NCBI GenBank assembly: GCA_038496445.1
Contig: JALMLS010000332.1
Coordinates: forward strand, 1 to 64,000
Direction: 5' to 3'
DNA from: Trichosphaerium sp. ATCC 40318
Lineage: Eukaryota > Protista > Tubulinea
DNA: 64,000 bases
Numbering within the stretch: the first letter of the stretch is position 1; each line of letters opens with the position of its first letter. This document shows positions 12,163 through 25,316 of this stretch, one piece after another. A model generated the notes under the pieces. That model did not search any database. It was not told the DNA's origin and was given only the letters and a program-made list of their open reading frames with translations. Made by a program: the position numbers and the translations under genes.

Positions 12163-13846
12163 TTAATCATCATCAGTATCACCATCTTCTGCTATATTAC
12201 TTAACTGGTAAATACATCTCGCACAAGAGCATGCAAAAAAGTATTTTTCTTCCAAACATTTTTGTCTTTCTTCAACTCCATCTGTTATATCGATATAGGA
12301 TATTGCTACTTCTTGGCCTTTATGTATCCGCTCTGTAGATAAAAACTGTAGATAAGGTATACGTTCCCTTGAGCATCGGTAGAAAGTAGTATTAGGTCCA
12401 CACGAGTGGTTGTAAAACGAGCCTAAAACAAACTTAATTGAAGCCAGTCCTTGTTTTTTTTCTTGCTTTTTTGGGTAAGACTTCTCGTACCTGTTGGGTA
12501 GACTCCATAAGCCAAACATTCTCCATTATGCGCTCCCCATACACCAAACATATTAACTCGATGTTTACAGTAAACATCAAGGAGAAGATCTTCATCCACC
12601 TGACCTTCTGGAGGTAACAAATAATTGACAAGTTGTACAACACTCCTAAAAAATAAGTTTGTCACTTAGTTTCACTGATATACCACTCAGTGTTTTAAAA
12701 ATCATTGGTAATTGTACTATTATTATTACGTACCTCAATGAAAATAGTACCTCTTCAGTATAACAGCTTCTATTTGATATAAGTTGACCATAAGTTGAGT
12801 CGAACTTGTTTGTTTTTTTGTTTTTCTTTTTTGATTCTTCTAAAAAAGAACAGTTTAATAGATTTTTCGAGCCGCTTACAACTTTTCGAGTTTAAGGCTT
12901 ATGTCAATGCAAGTAAATTGTATTCGTTGGTGAGTGTACCTATACAGTTATATCTTACAGCTGCAGCACGTATGAGCAGTCGTAGATCAGTGATTAAATC
13001 TTCACAAAATTGGTAATAATCAGCAATCCATTCGAAATCCATTCCTTGAAGTGCATGGCATTCTATATTATCATGATTTTTCCTATCCATTTCTTGACAT
13101 TCGCTTGAACAATACCAAACCTAAAAGAAAAAAAGGAAAAGTGAGTATCACGTGACATTTAATTTTTGGCAAAACTTGCTTTTTCACATTTTGGACATTG
13201 GCGTTTATCATCGTCCGCAAAATCCTCCACCTCCTTTTTCTTCTTTGAAGCTTCACGTACAGGCCTTGATGGTTTATGTGTAGTTAGATTTGGCCTTGGG
13301 TGAGAGTTAATAAAGGAGTTTTAACGAAATAATTGTTCAAAAACTTAAACATCTTTTTCCGTAACTTGTTGGATGTCTCGTCTTCTGTTGGCTGTGAAAA
13401 TCTACGGACGCAAAAAGCGCAAACACTATTAACCCTCGGCTGGTAAGGACAATGAGCCATAGGCTCACTAAAGGCGTCAGTTTGAAAAAAAAAAACACGT
13501 GAAAAAAAAGTTACAAAAATCCCATATTATTTTTCTTGCCTTTGCATTATAACTTGTGAAGCACTTATATTACGCGTCGCCACCATACCGTAACCTATTT
13601 AAAAGCATTTTTTAATAAAAAACGAACAGACAATCAACAAAAAGCGGTTAACAAAAATGATGAGTGTTCTAATACCTTTATCTTGAATCTCTGCTAGATC
13701 TACTGGATATCCAATACCTTTGAACCATTGTTTTGCCTGTACTTTATGTTGTGTTCTTGTAAGAGTTACAAGAATGTTGTCAGAGCAGTTTATTACCTGC
13801 CCTCTAACTTCTCATCATCGTCTGTCGTTATGGCAGATTTTTCCAT
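12163..13846 (-). CDS. SET and MYND domain lysine methyltransferase (SMYD family)
   Basis: SET motifs GSFYNHSCGPN and EVAISYID; post-SET YFFACSCARC; MYND WYCSSECQ...H...EC; N-terminal YGMVATRNI. Multiple GT-AG introns. Confidence 0.92.
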
Positions 13847-14063
13847 TACTATTTTAGCTTAAACCTCTTCGTTATCAACCAATACGTTAACCAAACTGTT
13901 TTCCTAACGTACTGACTGTCGTGTCAACGAAAAAATCTATTTCTGTTATTTGTACAACAACACGGTTCTCCTTGATTGCCTAGCGCGCGTGATGGTGTTG
14001 TGAACGGCAGCGAATACACTTAAACTCACTTAAACGCTTGCTAGCGGAAGTAGGCCAAACAAT

Positions 14064-14990
14064 ATGATTGGCGCACATTTGTTGCTCTTAACAAGTACTA
14101 GTTCCTTTCCACAAGCGCTTCTGCCACTCACATTAAATGCCTAGGTTGTGTGCTGTATTTGTGTGTAACACAACCTACACAGCCTGTAGCGCCTTCAACG
14201 CCTACTACAGAGTCACCTACAATACCGCCTTCAGAGGCTCCAAGTAACGCTACTGCGTCACCTGTGGTGCCAACCGGTGCGCCTAATATAGTGCCTACCC
14301 AAATACCCACCTCAGCACCTACTGCAACGCCTGCGAGCGTACCTACGACTTCAGTGCCATCTTTGGAGCCAGCGCAACCTACTGCGCCTGAAACGCCAAC
14401 AGAAACACCTACGGTAATACCACCGACACTCAACGTAACGTTGAATGGCACAGAACCCTCAATTGACGCAAATGGTATAAAAGAACGTTTGAATTCTGAA
14501 TTCGCCTTTTAAGTATGTATAGCTAGCAGTATAATCACAACAGATGGCCTGAGACCGGTTTATCCGTTATCTACTAAGCTTGCATACGTGTTTGGGTACT
14601 TAGGCGTAAATGTAACGATGACAATAGTTTTTATGTACGTAACGATACATCTGCGCGTAGGGAAAGCGTATGACGTTAATATTTTATCATTTAGGGTAGC
14701 CGTAACATTGTTTGAAAAACGCGCCAAACTTGCGGCTAAAGGTGGTGCTAAAGTACCCTTAAAGGATATAAAAGCGAAAGCAAAGGATAAAGCAAAGAAA
14801 ACAAAGCAGAAATACGTCCGAAAGGCAACCACAAAGTACGTCAATCCGTATTTTAAGTTTTTTCAGACATTATGAACATGTCTGATAAAAAAGTCGTCAA
14901 AAACAGATTGCCAGACAACAGTTGGTTAACGTTTTCATTAGGGTTGCAACCTCAATGATAAAGTGAATATATACGCATACAATAAAACTC
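14064..14990 (+). CDS. Mucin-like Pro/Thr-rich surface protein with a TM segment and Lys-rich tail (3' end uncertain)
   Basis: Hydrophobic N-terminus MIGAHLLLL; PT-rich ORF 14150-14512; hydrophobic GVNVTMTIVF/VAVTLF followed by a KAKAKDKAKK tail. Confidence 0.6.
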
Positions 14991-15403
14991 AATAGCTATC
15001 TCACGTAGGTTTCTTTTATCCAAACACGAAATTTTTCAACTTTTTTTTTTACAAAAACCCGCAGTAAGCGCATCAAAAGTGCTTGTTTCCTCATTTCTTG
15101 TTAAAGAAATGACCATGCCATGGTTTTAAAGTACAGTTCAATTGCAGAAAATAGTTTTTAATGCTTTTGCCTTTATGGGAGAACTTGGTTATTTTAGGAC
15201 AGCTTTTTAAGTATAAGAGTATAATGCAAGTTACAGTCATCCTTTTAAACCATGAATGAGAGTAGTTAAGCCATTTTGAAGAAAAAGAACCGGAATACAC
15301 TTCGTCTTTACACCTTCTCTTGTTGAATAGTCAACAAGTTACTGTATTTCAGGTTTCCAAGGAGTTGTGTACACTATTTCACTTTAAAGCAATACGAACA
15401 ACT

Positions 15404-17555
15404 ATGGTGTTATATCAATGCTCGTTACTATGCGGCTGCGTAGGCTCAACGAATAGAAGTCAAAAGCGTGTTCGGAGTAGACTACGTGCTGGACTGTTTC
15501 GCGCTGGCGTAGGTACGTTTTTTGAAGCTCTGAAAAAAGTTTCATGACGTTTGAGCAAAACTACCAAAGTGACATTTCGTTCAGGTATTTTGAGCGCTCT
15601 CTCTTTCATGTACTTTTTTGTACTTATAAACATCGCATTACACGATTCTGAAGAGTTTCGTCACCGTGTAAACACAATACGGGCTGTTATAAACTTGGAA
15701 GAATCAATTGGACAAGAACGTGGTCGATCTTTATTGTATGCTGCTGGAGGGTTTAATGGAACTGATTTGGATGCTTTGCGTGCGTAGAATTTCTATTTCA
15801 GAGTAGTGTAAATTCGAGTTGTTCAGCATTTTTTGTTTGACTCTGTTTGTTGCAGTACAGGCAAGAGCTGTTGTGGAGGATAGAACACGTATTCTACATG
15901 AAAAGTATGATCGTGGGGACCATTATCCAACCTTGGATATGGCCATTGGGTACTTGGAGACGTTTTCTGTAATCAGACAAGCTGTACGTCAGTTTGGAGT
16001 TTTTTTTTTAAAACAATCCTACTTGCGAGCCTAATAAGGCTTTTGGTGGTTACCAAGTACCTTGCCGTTAGCAACCATTGCAGTGGTAGTACACTTCGCC
16101 TTAGTTGCAGGCAAAAATTTCTTTGTGATCACGTGACCAGAAAAAACACTATTTTTACGACTATCACGTGACCAGAAAAAAAAAAGAAAGTCATAGTGGT
16201 TTTAAAACGTAATAAGCTTATGAGTTGTTTCCCTAGGTTGACGATAGTAACACCACTGAAGCAGAAATCTTTAATTTTTACACTGAGTCAAACAGGTTAT
16301 TTCAAAGGTTCACTTTGAAACAAAGTTTCACAGATTTTAAAGCTATTAACCGTGTTCTGAATGCAGTTGTTCGTGAAAGCATTGTACGTCTTTTTTGTAG
16401 CTAGCTTAATGAACATATACTTTCTGACATAGTACAGCTGTTAGAATCGCATGGTAGAGTGCGGGGAGCTCTTGGAAGTGTTTTTTCAAGAGGTGCAAAA
16501 CAAGTTATTGCATTTCGGTACTGATTGTCCTATTTAGGCTATTATTTTGACAATGATGAAATTCTAAGCATAAGAACAGCTAATACAGCTAGAGAAAGTG
16601 CTTTGGAAGAGCTTAATGTATTATTCGAAGATGACGATACTGATGTATTGATTGCAGCATTGGTTCGTTCTTTTTTGTTTAACAATAAAAACCCCCACGA
16701 TTCTGATTATGTTTTTAGAGTGGCCAACAAGTAAGGCTTGCTATAAGGAACCTTCAAATAGCTCAAGCAATAGCTGCTACTGTACGTACACAACAATATT
16801 ATTTTTTAAAAGTTTATTGTTTGCAAAGGATCCTCTTCAGTTCTCGCCAACAAACAAGATACCTATTGAAGCAAACGACTGGTTTGGCAATTACACTGTT
16901 ATTCTAGATGGTCTATCTAAAATTAGAATCCATTTGTTGTACGCTACTTCGTAAAAGAAGTAAAACTAGATATTTCTAATTTGTTTTTTTTCTGTTAGTG
17001 ATAAGCTTCAAAGAAGAACAGACAGTCGATTAGCTATCATTATTACTGAGTTTTCTATTGCTTTAATAGCATTAGTTCTTGAGATTACAGCTTGTGCGAC
17101 ACTTATAATGCTTGCTTGGCCTGTATTACGGCTATTCTGGACTATGGAAGGCAAAGCCAGAAAGTACGGGTTTTTTCTGTGTCTGCAGCATAAGTAACGA
17201 CTTTTAGGCTAAGCTCACGGAATTCAACAACTAAAAGCCTAAACACTGCATCGTTGCAACGAGTTAGCGATGATGAAGTTGAGCCTGTCAGTAAACACAA
17301 CAGCCTTTTGATTGCTGAATCGGGTACTTTATTTTTAAAGTGTACGGTTGGTTTTAACAACGCCTAATAGGAGAGTCTGAGGCTACCGAAGATTCCTCAA
17401 GTGAGGCTAAATCAATTGAAGAAGAAGCTGAGCACTCGGTTGATATAGAAAGTGTTCCAAATGACATTGAACAACCACAACCAAAACCAAAACGGAAAAA
17501 AAAGAAAAGCAAAAAACCAAAGATAATAGAATCAGTTGCATCAGTTGACGAATAG
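15404..17555 (+). CDS. Two-TM membrane protein with an extracellular NIT (nitrate/nitrite-sensing) domain
   Basis: TM1 GILSALSFMYFFVLINIAL; NIT-like motifs SIGQERGRSLLY, IRQAVDD...EIFNFYT, LLESHGRVRGALGSVFSRG, DWFGNYTVILD; TM2 LAIIITEFSIALIALVLEITACATLIMLAW; acidic/basic tail ending VASVDE*. Confidence 0.75.
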
Positions 17556-17612
17556 ATTAACTTACTATTTCGTAACATGTGTTGATAAACTATAATACAT
17601 CAGTGTACATAA
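17503..17612 (+). repeat. 110-bp direct repeat, copy 1 (3' end and UTR of the NIT gene)
   Basis: Matches 19532-19641 with about 7 substitutions. Confidence 0.95.
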
Positions 17613-17711
17613 TCACGTGTTTTTCTTTCTGGGGTGCCACAGTTTTATGCATTCAATAACATCATGTTATGATACAAACATAAAACGAAGGAAAGATACC
17701 GTTTTTTCGAT

Positions 17712-18330
17712 TTACAAGTTTGCTTTTTTATTATTTGAGTACATGCGACCAGCTGCACCTACAGCTGCACCACCAACAACGGCACTGACAGCGATAATAG
17801 AAAGAGGAGCTGCAGCTGTAAATGCAATGGCACCAAACCCGACAGCACCAAGTGCAATAGACATCATTGTACTCGATGTTGATACTTTAGGTTGTTCAAC
17901 TAGTTTCTCATACGAAAATCTGAGCTTGGAGTAGTCACAAACAACATCTCCACTTTTTGGATTAACATACTTAACGACACGAATACTAGTGAAATATAGT
18001 TTCGGTTTATCTTGTCTTTCATAGTTCGTTAGTACAACAATGTTGAAGCAAAATAATTATAACGTACAGTCCTGCATAAGCATATGAGAATGTAGTTTTG
18101 AGTGGCATACTCTCCACCTCGCTAACCACGTGTTCAATATCTTCTTTGCGAGAGAATGGGTCGTTTCTAACAATTGAGATAAACCCTTCTAATTCTAATT
18201 TCGTTGCTGAGGCACTGCTAGCTCTTGAGTGCGAGGATAACTCCATTTCTTTTCTGTACTGTTCCCAGTCTTTGTACATATTGCTTCCATCGAAGAAATG
18301 AGGTGGGGCTCCTGTGATAGGATCGGTCAT
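17712..18330 (-). CDS. Unknown protein with C-terminal Gly/Ala-rich hydrophobic hairpin (glycine zipper), 2 exons
   Basis: MTDPITGAP...RNDPF...VVCDY...IALGAVGFGAIAFTAAAPLSIIAVSAVVGGAAVGAAGRMYSNNKKANL*; paralog at 26086-26685. Confidence 0.85.
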
Positions 18331-18492
18331 GGCTAACGTTTTATTTTGTTTTTAACTGTTTGATGCTGTCTAGCCTTTTAAAATAAGAATGATCGCAATA
18401 AGCAGAATAGTATATTATACTGTTTGGAGGTTTTGCAGTTGGGACACACGTTTTTAAAAAAGGCACTTTCCTAAAATGTAACATAGATACCA

Positions 18493-19555
18493 ATGGTCTT
18501 AAAATCGCGTGGGTTTGCCTTTGACGCGTTTCTAGTACTTAGATTCAGCTTCTAGTTTGTGCTTCTGTTAAAAACACAAAATAATGATACTACTCCATTG
18601 GCACAAGTGAAGTACCGCCAAGAAAGCTATTTGTAGTGCCATCACTGCAAGTGCTGTGTACGTTTTTATTTTTGTTTTCAAGTAGCTACGTAGATAGCGA
18701 ACGGCAACCACAAAGATGAACAATATGTAGCGTTGGGAACGATAAGTGTCTTCAAAATAAAATCAGTTCCAAAACAATCACTAGAATCGCAGAGCATGTT
18801 AAACAAATCAGTGTTCGAGCTCATGGTATATCTTCAGATGCCTGGAAGGAAAATCAGTCTCATAAAGAAGGCAGTTTAGCAGTGAAATCTGATGTGAGCA
18901 TTGCGTCATGTAAAAAAGTGGACGTTGAGGCGCTCATACATGGCGTTGGTAGTTATAAGAGACTGTTCAAAGACGACGATGCTCAAGTGGAGCTCGACAA
19001 CTTACAAAAAAGCCTCGAAAGGATGCACTGTGATGGCGAAGTAAAGCTATTTGTCGTTCAAAGTGATAGGTAGGTCCTGTTTGCGGCGTAATAAGCAAGT
19101 AACTCAATGCTGAAAAAAAAGAGATACACTTGCTTTGTGTTGCAGTGCGTGTGTACTTGTCAGAGAAAGATGTCGAAGTTTGATAGCTGTATAGCCATTT
19201 ATAAGTATTCAACTGCTATAGACAACACTGGTGTATACGCTGGCCATGTAGTTGGGATTTCGGGTTTGGCTATGGCTACTGTTGGCGTTGCTGCTCTTAT
19301 ACTAAGTACTGGTGGTGCTGCTGCTTTGGCTGGAATTGCAATAAGTGCTGCAGGTGCTTATGCGACAACTCAAGGAGCTTCAATGGCGAGATTGGGGGCC
19401 GATACATCCTCCGACAAAAAGTTGCAAACCTTGGAGGGGAATTTCATTTATGATCTTGAAGATAGGGTATGCTGAAATTAAAGAGCGATTTGTGTTTGCT
19501 GCTTAAATAGCTTGTACCAATAATAAAAGCCAGAAAAGCAAAAAACCAAAGATAG
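18493..19555 (+). CDS. Unknown protein with C-terminal Gly/Ala-rich hydrophobic hairpin; 5' exons unresolved
   Basis: Open from ~18720; contains GISGLAMATVGVAALILSTGGAAALAGIAISAAGAY. Last exon LVPIIKARKAKNQR* runs into direct-repeat copy 2. Confidence 0.6.
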
Positions 19556-19641
19556 TAGAATCAGTAGCCTCAGTTGACGAATAGATTAGCTTACTATTTC
19601 GTAACATGTGTTGATAACCTATAATACATCCATGTACATAA
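19532..19641 (+). repeat. 110-bp direct repeat, copy 2
   Basis: Matches 17503-17612. Confidence 0.95.
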
Positions 19642-19757
19642 AACTAAATCACTTGCTGCGCGTAAGAAACAGCGCTGAAAGAGGCCATGGTCAATGGTTT
19701 TCAAAAGTTTTTTTCTTCTATCTGATTTGTTCTCAATAAAGAAACAGAGTTATTATC

Positions 19758-20832
19758 ATGAAATCGGGAAGTAAAGAACCATCAGGAGATGAAAAAGGAG
19801 ATACTGAAGATGTTATTAACAGAAATAAATCAAAGAGTCAGCCACGTACACGTAGAAGGTCTGGTGATAATGGAAAGCGAGCTGATAGGCGGAAAAAGCA
19901 TAGTAGCAACCCACAAGTACCCATAAAAGATAAAAAAGAAAAACAACAAAGACCGTCTTCTGGAAATCGTCCTAGCCGTGATAGACGGCGTAGAAACACT
20001 GTATCTTACGGAGAAAACGGTACAGACGAAAATGGGTCCCGTGGGATTAAACAGGTGCAAGAGGCTGTGCGTATGGCTGATAAAATAGAAGGTAAGTTCG
20101 TTACAAAAACAAAAAACAAAAAAAGATTGCCTTTGTTTTTTGTTTTGGGTGACACGCGTTCTTATTACTTTTCACAGCGTTGAAAAAGCAGAACAAGGCA
20201 CTTAAAGGTCCGTGTAATTTACCGTAAATGTCGTTATTCTGTTAGTAAAATTTGACGTATGTTGCGTTTAGAACAAGTTTGGTTGGAGAAAGAGAAGAGA
20301 AAAGTGCAAAAAGAAGATATAATACGGCTTCAGCGCACGTGATTTTTTTTTCGAAAAGTACATTTTTTGTTCTATTTACTTTACTCAGTTAAAATGGGTG
20401 AAATGTACAAGGAACAAAAAATACGTCGTCAATTTGAGAAAGGTATAAATCTCACGTGGCTAGCGGGCATTCCTCCTACTTCGTTTTTTTGTTTTCTTCT
20501 TTTTTTTTTTCATGATTAAATTGCTGAGTTGCCTTTAGACTTTAACACGCGTCAACAACAACAAATAAAGGAAATGAAGGTGGATAACGAATTTATTGAT
20601 AGAATAGATACCTCTGTAATGAGTATGACTGGAAATCTGATGAACTTTTTTTGATATTAACTTTCTTGCAGATTTACGAGCAGAAAGTGATGTTTTACGA
20701 AAAGCTTTGCTTGCGATATCACGGCGTATTAGGGTAAATAGAAAGCCTAAATTGGATGTATTAAAGATATGTGTAATAGCTAGTATTGCTGTTTCAATGC
20801 TATTGCAATTGTTCCATTTGTATTTTAAATAA
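19758..20832 (+). CDS. Basic low-complexity and coiled-coil protein with C-terminal TM (tail-anchored)
   Basis: Arg/Lys-rich exon 1, heptad-rich middle exons, terminal KICVIASIAVSMLLQLFHLYFK*. Confidence 0.75.
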
Positions 20833-22061
20833 ACTTAGCAGCAAAGTGTGGAGTTGTTGCTTAATGACTCGGTCTTGGGTGAATATAGTGGCAAATTAGA
20901 GCCTCTCAGCACTAGTAAAACGGTAACTCACCACGAATATCCTTCACTGATCAGGTTTACACTGTTCCACATACGACGTACAATACTTAATGTTGCTATC
21001 AAATTACTGTTAACCGACAGTTCACAAACCAGACCCTAGAGGGTAAACTACTTGAGATTTTATCCATAGATGCAGCTAAGTTGCACAGCTGATGCACAAG
21101 TACTGTACCAAGGTTGCTGTACGCATTCTCAGTACGAATGTGAGGCTTGAATAACGCTTATAGATACCACAGTAAAACGCTTCACTTATGCCCATTATCT
21201 GCCAAAACAATACTAAGCTTTGACCGAAAGAACAAAAAACGTAGAGCACAATGTCAATACCATTTCAGAAGGTATTCATGTTTTAAATTACCACGTGATA
21301 CTTTGACTCAAGCAACAAAGTAAAGACTCTGTATTTGTAAAATAGTTAAATAATACTATCCCTTTTATTGTTCAACAAACGCGGTAAACGTGTAGTGCTA
21401 TGTGAACCCAAATGTTGCTATAAAGCTTAATTTCATAGTCGCTAGACAAGCTATGTGGTCTCACAACAAAAAGCAAAACCACAATTACTTTTTTTCGCAA
21501 AACGACATCTTTAAATTAGCAAACTCGCTTTCTGTATTCAGATCTAGTAGCAAAGTTCTTACATAAATCCCATGTTGAAGCCTGGAAGGTCTATTGGGTC
21601 TGTGGTAGAGTGGCGACATCGTAAAATTGTCTCGCAAGGGACCTAGATCTTTTTGGTATGTGCTTGCTTATTCACTCATGAAATGTTCTTGAAGACGGGC
21701 TATGACAGGTCCCAAAACATTAAACGGCTATGCAACAACCTCCATTGACGACAACTTAGTTGTGGGTGCACATATCCTATCCAAAAGGCACTTAAATTAT
21801 CAACCAGTATCAACATTACTACCCAAAGGAAAAAAAACCAAGAGTCCAGACCAAAGTCTGTAAGAATGGAGATTTGGAGCGGCGGCGGAGGTGTTGATGG
21901 CGAGTTTATTGACTAGTTTTACAGGTCACGGAGAAGTTGCACGATAGAGAGTGCAATTGGAAGATGAATGGTCAAACTACTTCCCCAATTTGCAAGACCG
22001 CTGATATTTCTTCGCCAGTAAATTGTCAAGAGATCAACCGTTTTTCGTTACAACGCATCAC

Positions 22062-23254
22062 ATGGGAAATGTACGTTACGGTAGCTTGCAACGCTAATTA
22101 CTGTAATAGTCGCACCACACGCCTAGTGCGAGTAAGAAATACCAGTTTGTACGGTTGGAAGGCGTGGTTACTCCCGACATGCAAAAAACGCTTCTAGAAG
22201 GTACGCCGCTACGATTTACTTGTATATGAGCTTTAATAAGCGTTCGCATACCAGATCTGCTAAAACTTTATTAAAAGGCATCACTTACAGTGCAAGCAGC
22301 TACCCAAAAACGAAGAAAGTGTCTAACAAGACTTCTAACTACAAAAAATTATTTGTACGCGATTTTACACAAGACTGTATTCCAGAGTCCTTTAAAGACG
22401 TTATACGTCCTATTTCATGGGAAGCGCATCAGCAAGAAAGTACGTTAAGCAGTTCAGCCTCAAATAAACGGTTCTATTTATATCTCAAAAAAAAAAACTC
22501 TTCATTCAAAAAAAAAAGTTTGATGTGAAACGTCGTCCGTTAGTAATGCCTCTGTAGGAGCTATACCTAAAAATTATAACGCTATATGTACTACTTGCTA
22601 TAGTTATGACGACGAAGGTAAGCTTGGAGGTCATGTAGACTTTATACAGTACGTGCACTATCAAGCTTGTGACTATGTTTTTTTGGATTTTTTTTGTAAA
22701 ACACAATTTACTTTGAGGCCAGTCTCTGATTGTTTTCTTTTTTTTTTTGAATTGACTTTCTTCCTTTTGTGTAGAGGATGGATTATGGTTATTTCATTGG
22801 GTCGAAGTGCCGAGTTTTGGTACAAAGAGCCAGATTGTGAGAAAATCTGTAAGTGATACAAAATCCTCCCACGTGGATTCTGACCTTTCTTCCTTGCACT
22901 CTAACATCTTTAAAGCGTTTACTGTAAAAAGTGGTGATGCTGTTGTGTTCAATGGAAGTGCTGCTTGTGGTATTACACATGGTACTACAGCAAAAGAAGA
23001 CATATCTATTTTTGTTGTTAAATTTTGACTTAGGTGTTTCATCAATTGGACCCAAGGATACATACCCAGATTATCTACCAGACAAATTTTCATCTCAAAG
23101 AATCAGCTTGCAATTCCGTAACGGCCCTAAAAACGAAAAGGCAGTACCAAAAAAAGATAAGTGGTTTTATGCCTATTGTTCAAGGACTCGTGTGCAGAAT
23201 TCTTCAGCTGAGAGATATGAAGCCGACAGTGAGTATAATTTTTGTTTAATGTAG
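22062..23254 (+). CDS. AlkB-like 2-oxoglutarate/Fe(II) dioxygenase
   Basis: CYSYDDEGKLGGHVD (HxD), VISLGRSAEF, VKSGDAVVFNG, HGV, RISLQFR. Needs one extra A in the A-run near 22568 to stay in frame; start uncertain. Confidence 0.8.
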
Positions 23255-23320
23255 TCTTTAGGTTTTAACGTTAATGTTAAAACTATTCTAATACACGTGT
23301 TAGTTTCACCGTCACATGAT

Positions 23321-25316
23321 ATGTCATTAGCACTAGAACAATGTCCTTTTTCAGATCTGGCACCAGAAATTTTACAGCATTTTTGGGAGTACTCTTCGCT
23401 TACTTCTCTTCATTCTTGTGCTGCTACTTGTCATGCATTAAGACAATCTATGTACGCTTTTGAAATAACTGCATACAGTGATAGTTTATATTGGATTGTA
23501 GTTTGAGTATCAAGGAATATGTTAAAGTTAGTGATAACTTCTATCAATGCTTTCAAACGCTTGACTATTTGAGGTATCAACCATGGACAGTATTTAAGAG
23601 GTACAGCGTTTAGAGGCTATTATTATAAAGACTAATTCATTATAATTTAGGTGTGATTTAAAAGATAACCGCGTAACAGTAGATATTGGGACAAACCAAG
23701 TGAGGTAAAGGCTTTTTTTTTTGAAAGGAAAAAAAAGATTAGAAATATTGGAATGTTGCTGCTAACTGGTCTGTTTTTTTTTAAAGGTTTGGAGTGGGTA
23801 TTGACGATGATAAAGGCCCTCGAGTAGTAAAAATACCTTCCCTGGTTGGTAAGGACCCTGAGACATCCGATATTTACTATGGAGACGATGTAATCCCCAG
23901 GTTAGATCGGTTTGTTTTTTGTTAAGTCTAATTCTTTTCAAGAATAAAACAACTTGAATTGTCAAGACCAGTTGTGAATGGTGTTATAGAAGATTGGGAT
24001 GCTATCATCAATCTATTAAAACAAGGGTTTATTAAGCTTGGGGTTATTACTGTGGATTGTGGAATAATGGTATCACTACCTGATAACTCTTCGTACGTTA
24101 TTTTTTTTGTTTCAGTGCTGAACGTTTTCTTTCTTTTTACTAATTCTTAACACAGTGCGGAAGCAAAATCTCGCATATGTCAAATCCTGTTTGACGAGTT
24201 CCAAGCACTTTCAATGTATGTAGGTAATTCATCGTGTTTGTCGTTAATGAATTGTGGTACGTTTTATATTTATACTGAAGTGTATCAACACTTTTTCTTT
24301 TTTTACTTTTTGTGTTTTGGGTTGCTGCTTCAAGACACACCTTTCTGGTTATTTAATTTTTCTTTAGATGAGATAACCGGGTTTATCATAGACATAGGAG
24401 CTGATATCTCTTCCTCAGGAAGGATTTATTCAGGGTATATGGAAGAAAAACCGCTTGTCTATCCTGTTGGAGGAAATCAAATCTTTGATAAGTTTCTGTC
24501 TTTCCTTGATGAAGAAGATAAGGTACAAGCTTTGGTTATGAACTTACATGAATTTTAATACTTCTTAGGCAATAGTTGAAGAAGATCGTTTCGCTCTTGA
24601 GCCTTGGTTCTTTGAAAACAAGTTTTCTGTGTCTCCTGAATCAAAAACAAGTGTTAACAACAGTGTAAAGTCAACTGTTTCTCTACCAAATGGAAAGAGT
24701 ATAAGTGTTCCTGAAGGAGCTTTCCAAGCATGTTTTGATGTACTGTTTAAAAACGGAGAGTTTGCAGAGGTACATATTACAGTATACTGTAATCCATAGT
24801 ACATTAACCAGATTTCAGATAATCATAAAAAGTGGGCAACCGCCAAAAGATGATCAAGCCGATTTCAAATACTTTGTAATAGGTGCGTTATATCTTTTAC
24901 CTACAAATTAGTAGTATGCATTATCTAATTGAGGTATTTAAGGAGCTACTTCTGGTGTTCCTGGAATGAAAGTACGACTTGAAAGAGAAGTTGAAGCCGC
25001 TGGTAAAAAGGTGTGTTTTTTTGTGTTTTTTTTTTCTTTGGAGCTAATGCAGTTTTAGATTACAACCGAAGGGTACAATCCTAAGTCGAATATATTTGCT
25101 CTGGTAGGAGGAATGATATTATCTTCTTTATCTACGTTTCAAAAAATGTGGTATGTCAAGATGAGAGTTTCGCATTTTTTTCTTATTTTTTTTCACGAAC
25201 CACCTTTATTATGTTGCGTTGTACACTTTATTTATTTTAACCACTGCTTGTTTAGGGTATCCGTAGAAGAGTATGAAGACAGTGGTCCAGATATAGTACA
25301 AAGAAAATGTTTCTAA
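23321..25316 (+). CDS. F-box domain fused to an actin-related protein
   Basis: F-box PFSDLAPEILQHFWEYSSLTSLHSCAATCHALR. Actin motifs VDIGT, [60 protein letters not shown]. Confidence 0.88.

Noticed and set aside
14128-14451. Antisense Gly/Val-rich ORF (also 17617-17934, 26475-26711, 33145-33411)
   Set aside because: Shadow ORFs of low-complexity coding sequence on the opposite strand.
22560-22580. Programmed frameshifting in the AlkB-like gene and other 1-nt shifts (7808, ~29360-29400)
   Set aside because: They fall in homopolymer runs, typical of long-read consensus error.
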